Below are positions 1-11,575 of a stretch of 64,000 bases of DNA, piece after piece. The position numbers and the translations under genes were made by a program. The stretch is taken from the NCBI GenBank assembly GCA_013265495.1, contig MU061579.1, forward strand, positions 730,872 to 794,871. Reading direction: 5' to 3'. Positions within the stretch are counted from its first letter, which is position 1, and each line of letters starts with the position of its first letter. A model generated the notes under the pieces. That model was not told the origin of the DNA, made no database searches, and worked only from the letters and a program-made list of their open reading frames with translations. The stretch is from Vicugna vicugna. Taxonomy: Eukaryota.

Positions 1-384
1 AGGTTCTTCTGGAGCCAAGAGGATGCTCAGTCTATCATGAAAGGTGTGAGTTCCTCATTTAGCCACAGATCCCTTTTCTACAACATTCAACTGCATCCTT
101 TGCTTGTCCCTTAGTGGTATGTATTTTTGGGACCCCTGGCCTAGAGCTTAAGAGCTTAAGAGGATCTATACAAAAAGAGTGGTAAGAGAGAGAGTAGGAA
201 GGAGGAAAACACCAAATACAAATGTGCTGCTGATGGACTAGAGCCTGCCTCAATCCGTAGGTCAAAATCAAGAAGGGAAGGGGGCTACAAGAGCAGGTAA
301 AAGATTTTAAAAAAATGTGTATAAGAGAAATAAATAATGGAGTTGACTGAGAATCATTTATGAATATGAATGAGTCTGAGTTGT

Positions 385-730
385 CATGGTTTAGTTAACT
401 AACACCATTATCCCTCAGGAACATGGTTCAAATTTCAGTTTTCAATTAACTATAAATAACTGTGTAAAGTACAAACTTTGTTACTTGGTTCTGAGTCCAC
501 AAAATGCCTCAGACTTAACAGATGTACAGTGTAATCAGTGACCAATTATGTCACTTCTTTCAAATGCTGGCAGTGATGGGTTACTGCACATCTGTTAGTC
601 AGGGCATGCACGGAGAGGAAAGCATGTCGTTGTGTTACCTCTCCGTCTTCCAGTGGAAAACCAACATCACATGCCATTTTGTAAAATGAGATAATTGAAA
701 AAGAACTGGCCATCAAAGATGAAAATGCAT
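385..730 (+). mobile_element. Tigger6-like (TcMar-Tigger) DNA transposon fragment
   Basis: Motifs gtaaagtacaaactt, cagtgaccaattatgtcacttctttcaaa, ctgcacatctgtta and ggccatcaaagatgaaaatgca match my recall of the Tigger6 consensus. Confidence 0.65.
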
Positions 731-1596
731 TGTATTTGTGAATTTAAGGATTTTCTGGTTAGCTCTGGTGCCAGATTTCTAAATCTAAGTGGAAATAGCA
801 AGACACTGCCTACAGAAAGTAAGGTTAGGTCTGCCCTATAGTCTAATCACAGGAAGAATATACATTCTAGTTAGAAATTTCAAAGCACTTGGAAACTCTG
901 CAGTGAGAATTTTCAATGAAACAGCAATGTCTTTAATGACAGTCAGGGTGAGATTTCACAAACCACAGTAGTTTGAAGGAGGAAGCATTAATGTTCAAGT
1001 GACAAAGTTGATAAAGTCATCTCAGCCCTGTAAACATTAGAGACAATTTAATGATTCCCAATCATCTTCTTCCAATTGGATTACTCCGTAGACTTTAGAA
1101 CATATTCAAAAACAGCTTCCTGCCTGATGAAGACTTTATATGCTATAAATCAAGACAACAGATATTTCAATGACAGACGAGACAGCAACCAGAGGTGACA
1201 ATGCCCAGCCAAGCAGACACAAAACAAACGTGTCCAGTTTTCATAACAGAAATTTGTTTCTTCACTAGCATCCTCAGCACTGGGGATGTGATGAGAGGTG
1301 ACACAAACAAGGGTAGTGAATCAGAATTGATGTTTGTCAAGTAAGAACAGAAAAGAGATACACTAGATAAACTTTTGGCACTTAACACTTAGAATTTGAT
1401 GCAGGAGCATTGTGCTGGGAGGTGGAGAAAGAGGAATGATATATTGAGAAAGGATGTGAATATGAATGGTTGTGCCATCAGTGCAGTGACATAATTGCTA
1501 GTTTGGGGATCACTCCACTGTATATGTTAGGGATGATTTGATTGATAGCAATAACACAAAAGAAGGCATTAAATATTGAATCCCTATGTGGGTCAC

Positions 1597-1622
1597 CTCT
1601 CTCTCTCACACACACACACACA
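1597..1622. repeat. (CT)n(CA)n compound microsatellite
   Basis: ctctctctctcacacacacacacaca read directly. Confidence 0.9.
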
Positions 1623-3699
1623 GAGGCAAACATGCACAAAACTATACTTGAATGAAGATTGAAACTCTGTTCATAATATTTGCATTCATGTATCTTTGTG
1701 TATAAAAACTCTTATTTATACTATAACAACTGTGGGTAGCATTATTTGAAAGGAATACTCATATTTCATAATAGCAAAAGATGAATTTTTTTATTATTCA
1801 AACCTAAAAATGAACGTAAGGAATCTGAAAAAGTACTGACAGGATTGGTGAAATTATTACCTGAAACAAATGTGATATTATTAATGGAATAATATCAGTT
1901 TTTTTCTCAAATATTAACCCTGAAATCAGGAAAGTTAAAAAATGTTTTTCTAGGTCCATTTGATCTTGGCTTAATGTTGCTATATTAATGAACTGTACCT
2001 GATTTAAATGAAAATATAATGTTAATGTTAAGGTATTATTTTGTGTATAGATTACTTTTACCTATCCTGATATATTTGAGAAATAGCTAATTTAGGGAAC
2101 TAACACAATGCATGATTGGATCATTTTTTAAAGAAAAAGTGTGACTATAAACAACAGAAGATCAGCTGATGTGTCAGATGGATGAAAGCCCTAAGGGAAA
2201 GAACATTGGATTAGTACTATACAAGTTAAATCTTGAAATCATATTAAATAAACAAAATTTCTCTTTGGCTGAATGTGAATTATGGTGGAGCTATAAGTGT
2301 ATTTTCAATTCCAGATAACTGAAATAGTTTTTAGGCCATTGAAGTTCAGCAAACCACCACACTCTTATTCATTGTTTGACTTTGTATCACAATGACAAGG
2401 ATTTAGGCTGCCTTAACTTAGATGAAATTTGAGACAATTATCATGAGTTATATATAAATCATCTGACATCATAATACGCCTCATCTCCTTTACCAATATT
2501 TGTCTTTCTAGTATCCCTACTAAAATGGTCTCAAAGACTTTGGGATCTTATCTAGCTCAAAGTCCTCCCTACAAAATGGCAGCCCTTACTATCAAGGGCC
2601 ATGTTTCGGGGATTTTCTGGATGCCCTGAATGGAGACTATCACATATGGGGCAGTCTCAGAGCATGTCCAAGTCAAAAGAACACTGACTGGCCAGTCAAA
2701 ATAATTTCAAAATATGTTATTTTCTTGCATACCTTCAAACCTGTGAAAATTCTATTGCAATGTCTCTTAAAATTTCTCATGGTTCTATCCCATTCATGTT
2801 TCCCCTAGGTCAGAGCAGCATACATCTTCATCTACTCCAGCCCAAACTCTTTCAGGGCAGTAGTAATAGATTACCTTATGTCTGCTACCATCTTATATCA
2901 CATTCACTGCCTTCATGAAGGGGTCAACCTAGTACCTAGTCCAGAATATTTATTCCACCACAATCTGTGTCTTATTTCCATATGACCTCTCCATTTTATT
3001 TTAAAGTGTCAAAAGTAGCTCAAATAAAACATTAATTCAGTAATGGGCATTGATTGAATGTCAAGTGAGACATCTCCCAGATAAGAAAATGCCTTATCCA
3101 ACAAAAATGAGTTCTAGGGTGAAATTTTTGCAGTGTGTGGTTTTAAACTATTTTGTTACAAGTTCTAAGACAGAGGCAGACATATATTCCATCTATGCAG
3201 AGCACTTCGCTTGGTTCTTTTGGAATAATAAACATGTAAGACAGCAATAGAGTTCCAGAAAACAGTTTCTCTACAGGAAGTATGTTCTGAGCTCTATAAG
3301 TGTATAGGGCCAGAGGGAAAAGGACAGAATGATTTTAGAAATTGAAATAAGTTAAGTATAGGATGGGAGAGGAAAGGTGATGGGAGCAAGAGCAAGAGTG
3401 AGATAAATAAATCAATATATATACTGATAATTGTGTTCAGTATGATATTTCATGACTATTCAATTCAAAACATCTATTCCATTCTATGGGGAGACAAAAT
3501 TCAGAATATTTAAGAGACTGAACTAAAGATAAAGTTAGTGAGCGAGATAGTATTCACAGAGGTTGTTATCCCTCATATACAACTATAAGAGTAAATCCTC
3601 AACACTTTATTTAATTTGCCTGGATAATTATTTGACATTTAATCTGAATTCTTGGTAAATACAGAGTACCCCTATTGCTCCTTAGGCCCTACTTTTACT

Positions 3700-6605
3700 A
3701 CTAAAAAACATTGGACAAAACACAATCAACTAGTATATGAAAACTCTAAAAGCTTGAAAGAAGAGAGCAGACTACATAGGGACCTCAGTACATGAAGAAT
3801 GAAACAGCAATCAGCCCAGTAATTACTTGCCTCACATTTCTGTACTGGAAAAAGGAATTCCAAAGTTTCCAATCTGGAACATCCAATAGACACAGACAAA
3901 AATGTCTGCAGGAAAAGCCTCTTTCTCCTAGCCAAAGAATGGAGAAAATACCCACTCTATTCCAGCCAAACATCAACAGAAAATGTGCACCTTCACTTTC
4001 AGGTTTCAGCAGGGCTAAACAGGCAGCTGGTCCTCCAGCCCATTCTCCTGCCTTGCAGAAGCAGGGGACGATGCTCTAAATCTTCACCTGGTGGTATCTC
4101 TCAGCAAGCAGGAAGCTAACCTTCCATACTTTGCTTAGTGGAAACAGGTAGAGCTCTGATTCTTCTGCCAGGATATCTCACAGAGGTCAAAGTCTGAACA
4201 AGGAAGTGTAAGTTGGGGCTTTTTAGTACTCCAGATTCCCTTTTGCTGGAGTGGTATTACAGATGAACATCTATCTTCACCACGACCTGTGCACTGCAGC
4301 TAAACATAGTAGCTTCCTGCAAATTAGTAGAATTTCATAACATGATACTCAAAATATCCAGGGTACAATTATCATTCACTCATCATAACATGAACTAGGT
4401 CAATCACACCCTGAAATGAGAAAATAAATCAGCATAATACAATACTGAGATGACGCAAATGTTGGAATTATCTGACAAAAATTTTAAAGTAAAATGCTTC
4501 TCTAGCAATTATAGACACCCTTGCAGCAAGAAAAAATATCTATATACATTTCATATCTATCCATGTCTACCTGTCTATGAAAGTTTTAGGTAAGAAATAG
4601 AAATTTTAAGGAAGAATCAGATGGAAATCATAGAAGAGAAAAAATTACACACACACACACAAAATCTTGCTAGATAATAAAGTTGACAGAGATAAAATTA
4701 GTGAACTTGAAGATAGATCAGTAGAATTTACCCCATCTGGAAAACAGAGTAGTAGATTACAAAAAGAAGACAATGGAGTGCGACCTGTGGGACAATAACA
4801 AAAATAACAACATTCCAATAATTAGAATCTCAGGAGTAGAGACAGGAGAAAAGAGGGAGTGGGGCTAAAAATGTATTCATATAAATAATAGCTGAAAACT
4901 TCCTGAATCTGATAAGAGACAGAAACCTACAGATTCTAAAAGTTCAATGAATTCCAAGTAGAGTAAACCTAACAAGGTCTACACCAAAGTATATCATAAT
5001 TAAGCACATCATAGTACATCAGAATACTGTCTGATGTATTCAATGCATGCAGTAGAAACATTAAAGATGATTTACTTGAAAAAAACAAGAGAATTAAAAA
5101 AAAAACAAAAAATCAGGAGAATAAAAAGGCCTCAATAGATGTACATTTTCAAGTTTCTTTTGAAAGAGTTAATTGTGTATGCATACTGTATTGTATAAAC
5201 TAAACTCTAAAAATTTATAATAAGCAATATACTCAAACACACTACAAATAAATGAAGATAGATTTCTATAAAAATGAGTGAACCACAAGAAAGTAAGGGA
5301 AAAAGAGGATTTTTGAATCAGAGAAAGCAAACAAAAGAAAAAATATAAAATATCAATTTAATTAACACAATAACTATCTAAATGTTTATTAATGATTATC
5401 TAATGGAACAATAATTATCTAAAATGCAAGTGATCTGCACCAATTAAAACACAAAGATTGAGAATTGGCAATGTGGTTAAAATATAATGAAACAGGTAGG
5501 TTTGAAAGTAAAAGAATGAAAAGAGATATGCCATGTAAACATTACTTTAAAAAGTGACTATATTATTATTAGATAAGGTAGTCTACAGAGCAAAGAAAAT
5601 CACTAAAGACAAAAAGAGACATTACATAGTAATAAAAGGATCAGTCTACCAAGAAGACATAACAACTTTCAATGTTCAAACAATACAGCCACAACATGTA
5701 TAAGTCAAAATCTGCTGAAGATGAAAGGAGAAATTGACAAATTTATAGTTTAGTATTTCAACACTTCACTTTCAGTAATTTATAGAACTAATAGATAGAA
5801 AGTTATCAAGGGTATAGAATTGAATAACATGACCATCCAAAAGGATCTAATTGATAGACTAGAACCCTTCATTCAACAATAGCAGAATGAACATTTATTT
5901 TCAAACACTAATGGAATACTTACCAAGATAGATCACACCCTGGATGTAAAACAAAACTCAACAAGTTTAAAAGAATTGCAATCATACAGATTATTGTCAC
6001 TGATCATAAAATAATTAAACTAGAAATTGGCAATAGAAATATAACAAGAATTCTACAAACACTTGGGACATTTGGCAATACAGTTCTAATAAATCCATAG
6101 ATCAAAAAGGAAATCTAAAAAAAATTAAAAACACAGAGAACTGAATAAGAATGAAAATAGATTAACATATGTAGAATGAAGCTGAGAGGGATATTTTTAC
6201 TGCTAACTGCTTACATTACAAAAGAGAAAAGATCTTAATCTAAGTTTCTATCCCAAGAAACTAGAAAAAAAAGTGCAAAATAAATACAAAGCAGATAGAA
6301 AAAAGGAAATAATAAGAATAGATATAAGTGAAAGTGAAATATGAAAACAATAGAGATATTAATGAAACCAAAAGCTGGTTCTTTGAAGAAATCAGTAAAA
6401 TTAAAGATCCTCCAGACAAACAAAAGACTGACAAGGATAAAAAATAAATAAAACAAGAGAAGACATAAGTCACCAATATAGAACATGAACTGAGGCTGTC
6501 ACTACAGATCTTGCATCCATGAAAATAGTAACAAGGGAATACTACAGATAATTTTGCAACCATACATTTTACAAATTAGACAAAATGGACTGATTCTTAA
6601 AATCT
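3700..6605 (+). mobile_element. Ancient L1M-type LINE-1: 5' region, decayed ORF1 (~4330-5005) and ORF2 endonuclease region (~5440-6600); 3' part missing
   Basis: A-rich strand with typical L1 motifs (atgttggaattatctgacaaaa, attagtgaacttgaagatagatcagtagaa, aataatagctgaaaacttcc, ccaagaagacataaca, aatgaaaccaaaagctggttctttgaag). Many stops and frameshifts. The 5' boundary is uncertain. Confidence 0.85.
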
Positions 6606-6659
6606 GAAAAGTTCATTCTACGGTGCCTGACAATAAATTATTTCAGCACTCAGTATATG

Positions 6660-6795
6660 TCAATCTGAATTTTTCTTTTCTCAGAGATAATAGTTTCTAT
6701 CTCATAAGATTGTTATGATCATAAAAATGAGAAGATACATGTAGAGAGAGCACTAGAACAGAGCATGAGAGGGCAAGGCTCAAAAAGTGGGTATC
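6660..6795 (+). mobile_element. MIR SINE fragment
   Basis: Degenerate MIR core/3' part (aagattgttatgatcataaaaatgagaagatacatgtagagagagcactagaacagag). Confidence 0.55.
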
Positions 6796-6796
6796 A

Positions 6797-7115
6797 TTTG
6801 TATGTGGCATCTAAAAAATAAAGCAAACTAGTGAATATAACAAAAAGGAAAAATACTCACAGATGATAGAGAACAAACCAGGGGTTACCAGTGGGTAGAG
6901 GGAAGAGGGTAGAACATGATAAGGGTAGGGGCTTAGGAAGTATAAGCTATATCTATAAAATAAATAAGCTACAAGAATATGTTGTACAACACAGGAAAGA
7001 TAGCCAATATTTTATAATAACTATGAGTGGAATATAACCTTTAAAAATATAAATTACTGTATTGAACACCCATAGCATATAATATTGTACATCAACTATA
7101 TATCAGTTAAAAATT
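6797..7115 (+). mobile_element. 5'-truncated L1 3' UTR (laurasiatherian/artiodactyl type)
   Basis: tatgtggcatctaaaaaataaagcaaactagtgaatataacaaaaagg...gagaacaaaccaggggttaccagtggg...aatattgtacatcaactatatatcagttaaaa is a typical L1 3' terminus. Confidence 0.9.
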
Positions 7116-7149
7116 AGTGGACAATCAAAAAAAAGTATCATTAGCTAAA

Positions 7150-7652
7150 TATAAAATTATTAGTTGACAAGGCAAGAAAAGAACATTGAGATATCTTGGA
7201 GGTAACAATTGCAGGAAAGAGCTGTTACTCTCAGAGCTCAAAGAAACAAGGTAGAAACTGAAACTATTCAATCTCAGAAGCTTAGAGGAAGACCCCTGCG
7301 GGACTGAAACTCCAATAACTAAGAAAGGTGTTGTTGGAGTTTCTGCATAATAGGGCTGGCTCTGCAAGTGTTGGGAAGATGGCAACCCGGATTTAGCTAC
7401 TATTATGAGAAGGAACTGCTTTATAAGAATGAAGAAGTATTTACTGCGTAATGCTCACAAGTTCTGGAAGCCCACAAGAAGAAATGAGTATTTTTTTCTT
7501 CCTGTAAACCTGTAGTCACTCCATACCACCATCTATTTAGAGAGTTTAATAAAAGCCTGCTTTTGGCAAATCAGAAATGTGGCTTGCAAATTATGGATTG
7601 CAATTCAGATTAAGATTTGGAGTTCAGAGACAAAAATGTAACAGCTGGCACC
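7150..7652 (-). mobile_element. Old ERV LTR-like fragment (family uncertain)
   Basis: Ends in atttggagttcagagacaaaaatgtaacagctggcac, similar to ancient ERVL/ERV1 LTR termini. Recall only. Confidence 0.4.
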
Positions 7653-9200
7653 ATCCCTTTAGCTACTCAGCATCCATATATATCCTCTTCACATAGTTGA
7701 ACTTCCTAACTTAACACAATTTTAAAAATTCTGTATTTCTGGAATAAAAAGTCAACAGGATTTGAAATAACAGCCCATTTTCTAAACAATCAATTTTTCA
7801 CTTTTTTATAATACCCAACAAATATTCGGGTCATAAAACTTGTCAAGCCAATTAGAATTTACTAGTTTATTGTCTATCACTTCTAGTAGACTGAGTGGAT
7901 AATGAATAATTTCCATAAATTAGAATAACGACCCATAGAAGGGATACCCATAGGAGTAAATGTGGTGAGGGTATAGAAATCTCACAGCCTGAGTTAGGCA
8001 TAATTACGGCAGCTAAAATTTACTGAATGTTTCCTCATTTTCAGATAATTTTCAAAGAGCTGTGTATATATATTGATTAATTTAATCATTAAAACCACTT
8101 TTAGAGGTCTAATGTGCAGAGAACTGTGTCATGCTAAGCCTGGACAGTGGTATCAAACCTCAACAATAAAAAAGCTTGGACAAGCCATCTAAGGGAGGCA
8201 AAAGACACAATATTTTTATGGTAGGAAGGAGAAAGGGAAAAATATAATATAGGAAGACAATACAGGCAGGAATGTGGTAATCACAAGATAAGTATTTGGA
8301 ATATGACATCAGGTTACTTGATTTTGCAGCCTGTTTTTTTTTTTTTAAAGCTGGAAAATGAATGAGTGGGATCACATAATGTCTCTTATCTATTTTATCT
8401 GTGACATTTTGTGATTACAGGTCTTAGGGAAAAGCAATCATATTGCTGTTAATCATTCTTTAATTGGGCATTGCACAGTATCTCTAGGCTTACTCTATTT
8501 TAATTATAAAGACAGGAGGGTAAGTAATTATGATTTCTGCAGAGGACATGATTTTGTGTTTGTGTATGTGTTTAATTATCCAGTTTATCTTAGCCTTAGG
8601 TGACCTAAGATTTTCATTGTGAACTGAGGTTCTCTGAGAACCTGGATGGAAAGAAAAGCTTGAGTCTTTGGTGAAATAACTTGAAAATTTCACAGAATGA
8701 CATAGACATGCTCCAAGTAAAGAGTGTAGCCTTAAACTATGACTGCTGATGCCTGGAAAGGTAGTGGGGATTGTTAATCCAGAGTTTGTATATGAATCAC
8801 GGAAGAACTCTAATGACATGATACAGAGCACATTAGAAGGCAGTTCCATGAAGATGCAATTGCAATTGTTCAACTCCATTTCCCACAGTCTGCACAAAGA
8901 TTTTACTCTTGGAGATGGACAAGAGGATCTGAGAAAATTATATGTGAATACAAATCACGGTGTACTTTGTTTTTTAGGCTCTTTCAGCTTTCAGAAAGAG
9001 ACATACACTCTTTTTATTCTTTCTTTCTTGAATATTTAGTGATCACTGTAACGAGGTATTTTCTAGGTACTGGAGATGTACCCATGATTATTCTGGCTAT
9101 CTGAGGTGTTGGAAGTTCAGAGTGAGGAGACACAGAGAAGGAAGAAGAGCAGAAACACCAGTAGGCATTCTGAACATTGATCTAGTCAAGATATAATCAA

Positions 9201-9332
9201 GGGGAGGATACAGCAAGAGCACCAGAGAACATGCTTAGTATGCACAAGATCCTGGGTTCAATCCCCAGTCCTCCTCTAAAAATAAATAAATAAATAAACC
9301 TTACTTCCCTCTTCAAAAAATAAACAAAATAA
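9201..9332 (+). mobile_element. tRNA-derived SINE, camelid Vic-1-like, with 10-bp TSD
   Basis: ggggaggatacag...atgcttagtatgcacaagatcctgggttcaatccccagt (Pol III B box ggttcaatcc), then an A-rich tail. Direct repeat aagatataat at 9188-9197 and 9333-9342. Confidence 0.85.
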
Positions 9333-9879
9333 AAGATATAATGTTTCTCTAGAGCTCTTTTATCTTGTTCATCACTCAGATTAAGGTGTCATTGCTTCCT
9401 TCCATTGCTCTTGTGTTCTGTAATTATTGTGATTGCTATTATTTTATATTTATTTTTGTCTTTGCTGCTACTAATTCTCTTTTTATCTTTATTAATTTTT
9501 TTCCCTTTACTCATTGTTTTGACAGTTCTGTAGCAAGGAAAGTCCCAGCTGCATTTTGTGACATGCTTTCATTACCTGGGTTCGGTGGTGTTAAGACCCT
9601 GGATTTGGAACCAATTATAAGGAGTGATGGCCATTTTGTTTTCAGCAGTTGTCTGTGTTACAGTTGGTCTATGAATCCTGTCCAGAGTCTTGAATGTTAT
9701 TCTGCAGCCATTTATACATCTGGTAACTCAAAAATTCAGCCTGCAACAAAAAGTTCAAACAGGACCGATGCACCATATTTTCTTGACTCCTGAATGATGT
9801 TGGCAATGGTAAATATCCAGACATGAATTAATATCCTGAAACCTAACTTCACCTGCCCTGATTTAAAAAAAAATGAAAG

Positions 9880-10357
9880 AAATCTTTGAGTTGTCTTCTC
9901 TGGCATTAAAAACTAAGCCATTGTTTTCTCCTATTAAACATAAAAAAATTCACTACCAAATTCAGATAGAGTCACTCAGTGACTGTGATGGGATGAGATA
10001 AAAGAAAAGATCATTTCATAGACAAAACCGATAACACACTACAATCAACAGATATGACCAAGATCTTCTCACTAGACTAACATGAATGCCTGCTAATTCC
10101 TTACGAATACAGATTTAACTTTTCTGCATTTCTTCCCATTTCTTCTGCTAACTAGATGTAAATTATTAGGACAATGAATGGGAAAGTTGCCCTATTTTTG
10201 TCAGTACCAGGTCCAAAGCAAAGTCACACTTCCATGAATCTTCCCTAAAATCATTTAGCACAAGTCCAAATCTTATAACCAGTCCCTTTTAACATCTTCC
10301 TATGGAGATGCCCGGTATCTCACCCATCGTGTTTCATGTCTTTTGCTACAACAAGTA
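9880..10357 (+). mobile_element. MER31/MER67-like ERV1 solo LTR fragment
   Basis: ccaaagcaaagtcacacttcc...aaatcatttagcacaagtccaaatcttataaccagtcccttttaacatcttcctatggagatgccc matches my recall of MER31. Confidence 0.6.
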
Positions 10358-11159
10358 CCGATCAAGGACAGAAACCAATTTTATATGGCCATTACAGAAG
10401 TCATAGATAAGGAAGAGAGCCTGAGACGCCTGGTAGGAAGTGTAAACCTTTAGAATTGGTAAGAAAAAAATGATCCTAGAAACATACCTACTATACTAAA
10501 AAGCCAGTGTCATCCATCGTGTAGTAAAGATACCAAATAGCTAAGAGTTTTGTTGAAACTTGCTAAGATTCACTTAAAGTTTCCATTGAGTTCCTGTGAG
10601 CTGAAAATCTGCTTGATGAGATGTAGGAGATTCTAGTAATGTATAGTTATTTATACAAAGTTTATAATATTAATATTATAATAGTAATTTAAAAAAATCC
10701 CCAAGTTTTTTTGACCATCATATTATCTGCTAGCAGGAGTAATAAAAAAAATCAATGACTAATCAGAAGATACTTTTAGTAAATTATATAAACATACAGG
10801 AAATATGAAATAGATAATACTTCTAATTATTAAAGTGGAATTTTCATATTTAGAAGGAAACTAACAAAATTATACCATGTTATAGAAAATTTAACAAACT
10901 CATCATGTGCTCTTAAAAATCCCTATTTTTCTAAAGCAATAGTTTTTTCTGTTTTAAACTTAAAAGGTTGTTTCATTTGATTTGGTTTTGGTTTTAGTCA
11001 GAGGAGTCATACATACTTACCGTTTTTGTGTGCAAACCCCTTGATTCTTTAACTAGTAATTATTTTACTTCAGGTTGGGTAGAGTCCCTTTTTCTCTGAA
11101 TGAAGGGAAATGAGAACCCTGAGACGATAGCATATGGCAAGGACAAGACAAAAATTACC

Positions 11160-11575
11160 TATAGCTTTATTAATCTCGCCTTTTAATAATGATTTGTAGT
11201 GCTCTGCCTCCGAATTTTGCCAGTTACATTTCTCCAAGTATAACATGCCATGTCATGCCATGTCTGCTCTCAAACAGAACATACCCACCTGGAAAAGCTC
11301 CACCTATCTTTCAAATCTCAGATTATGAATCACTTTTTATGTATTGCCTCCTTCATAGCTACAATCTTACCATTCGCTTGGACCCCACACTCCCCTGACC
11401 AATCAGAATTAAGTGTTTCCGCTGCTTTCATACTTCTCCTGTATCACTTACCATGCTGAGTTTGACTTGTCCGTCTTCCTCACTAGACTAGGAGATTTTT
11501 AAGAGTCAAGTGTTCTGAGTCTGTGGCACTTAGTTCACTAGTTGGCAAAGAAGAATTTTATGTATATTTGTAAAT
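11160..11575 (+). mobile_element. L2 LINE 3' fragment
   Basis: Pyrimidine-rich segment ending tgtccgtcttcctcactagactaggagattttaagag..., typical of the L2 3' end. Confidence 0.55.

Noticed and set aside
8749..9039. 96-aa ORF with protein-like composition
   Set aside because: No recognisable domain, no convincing splice or promoter context, and a length expected by chance.
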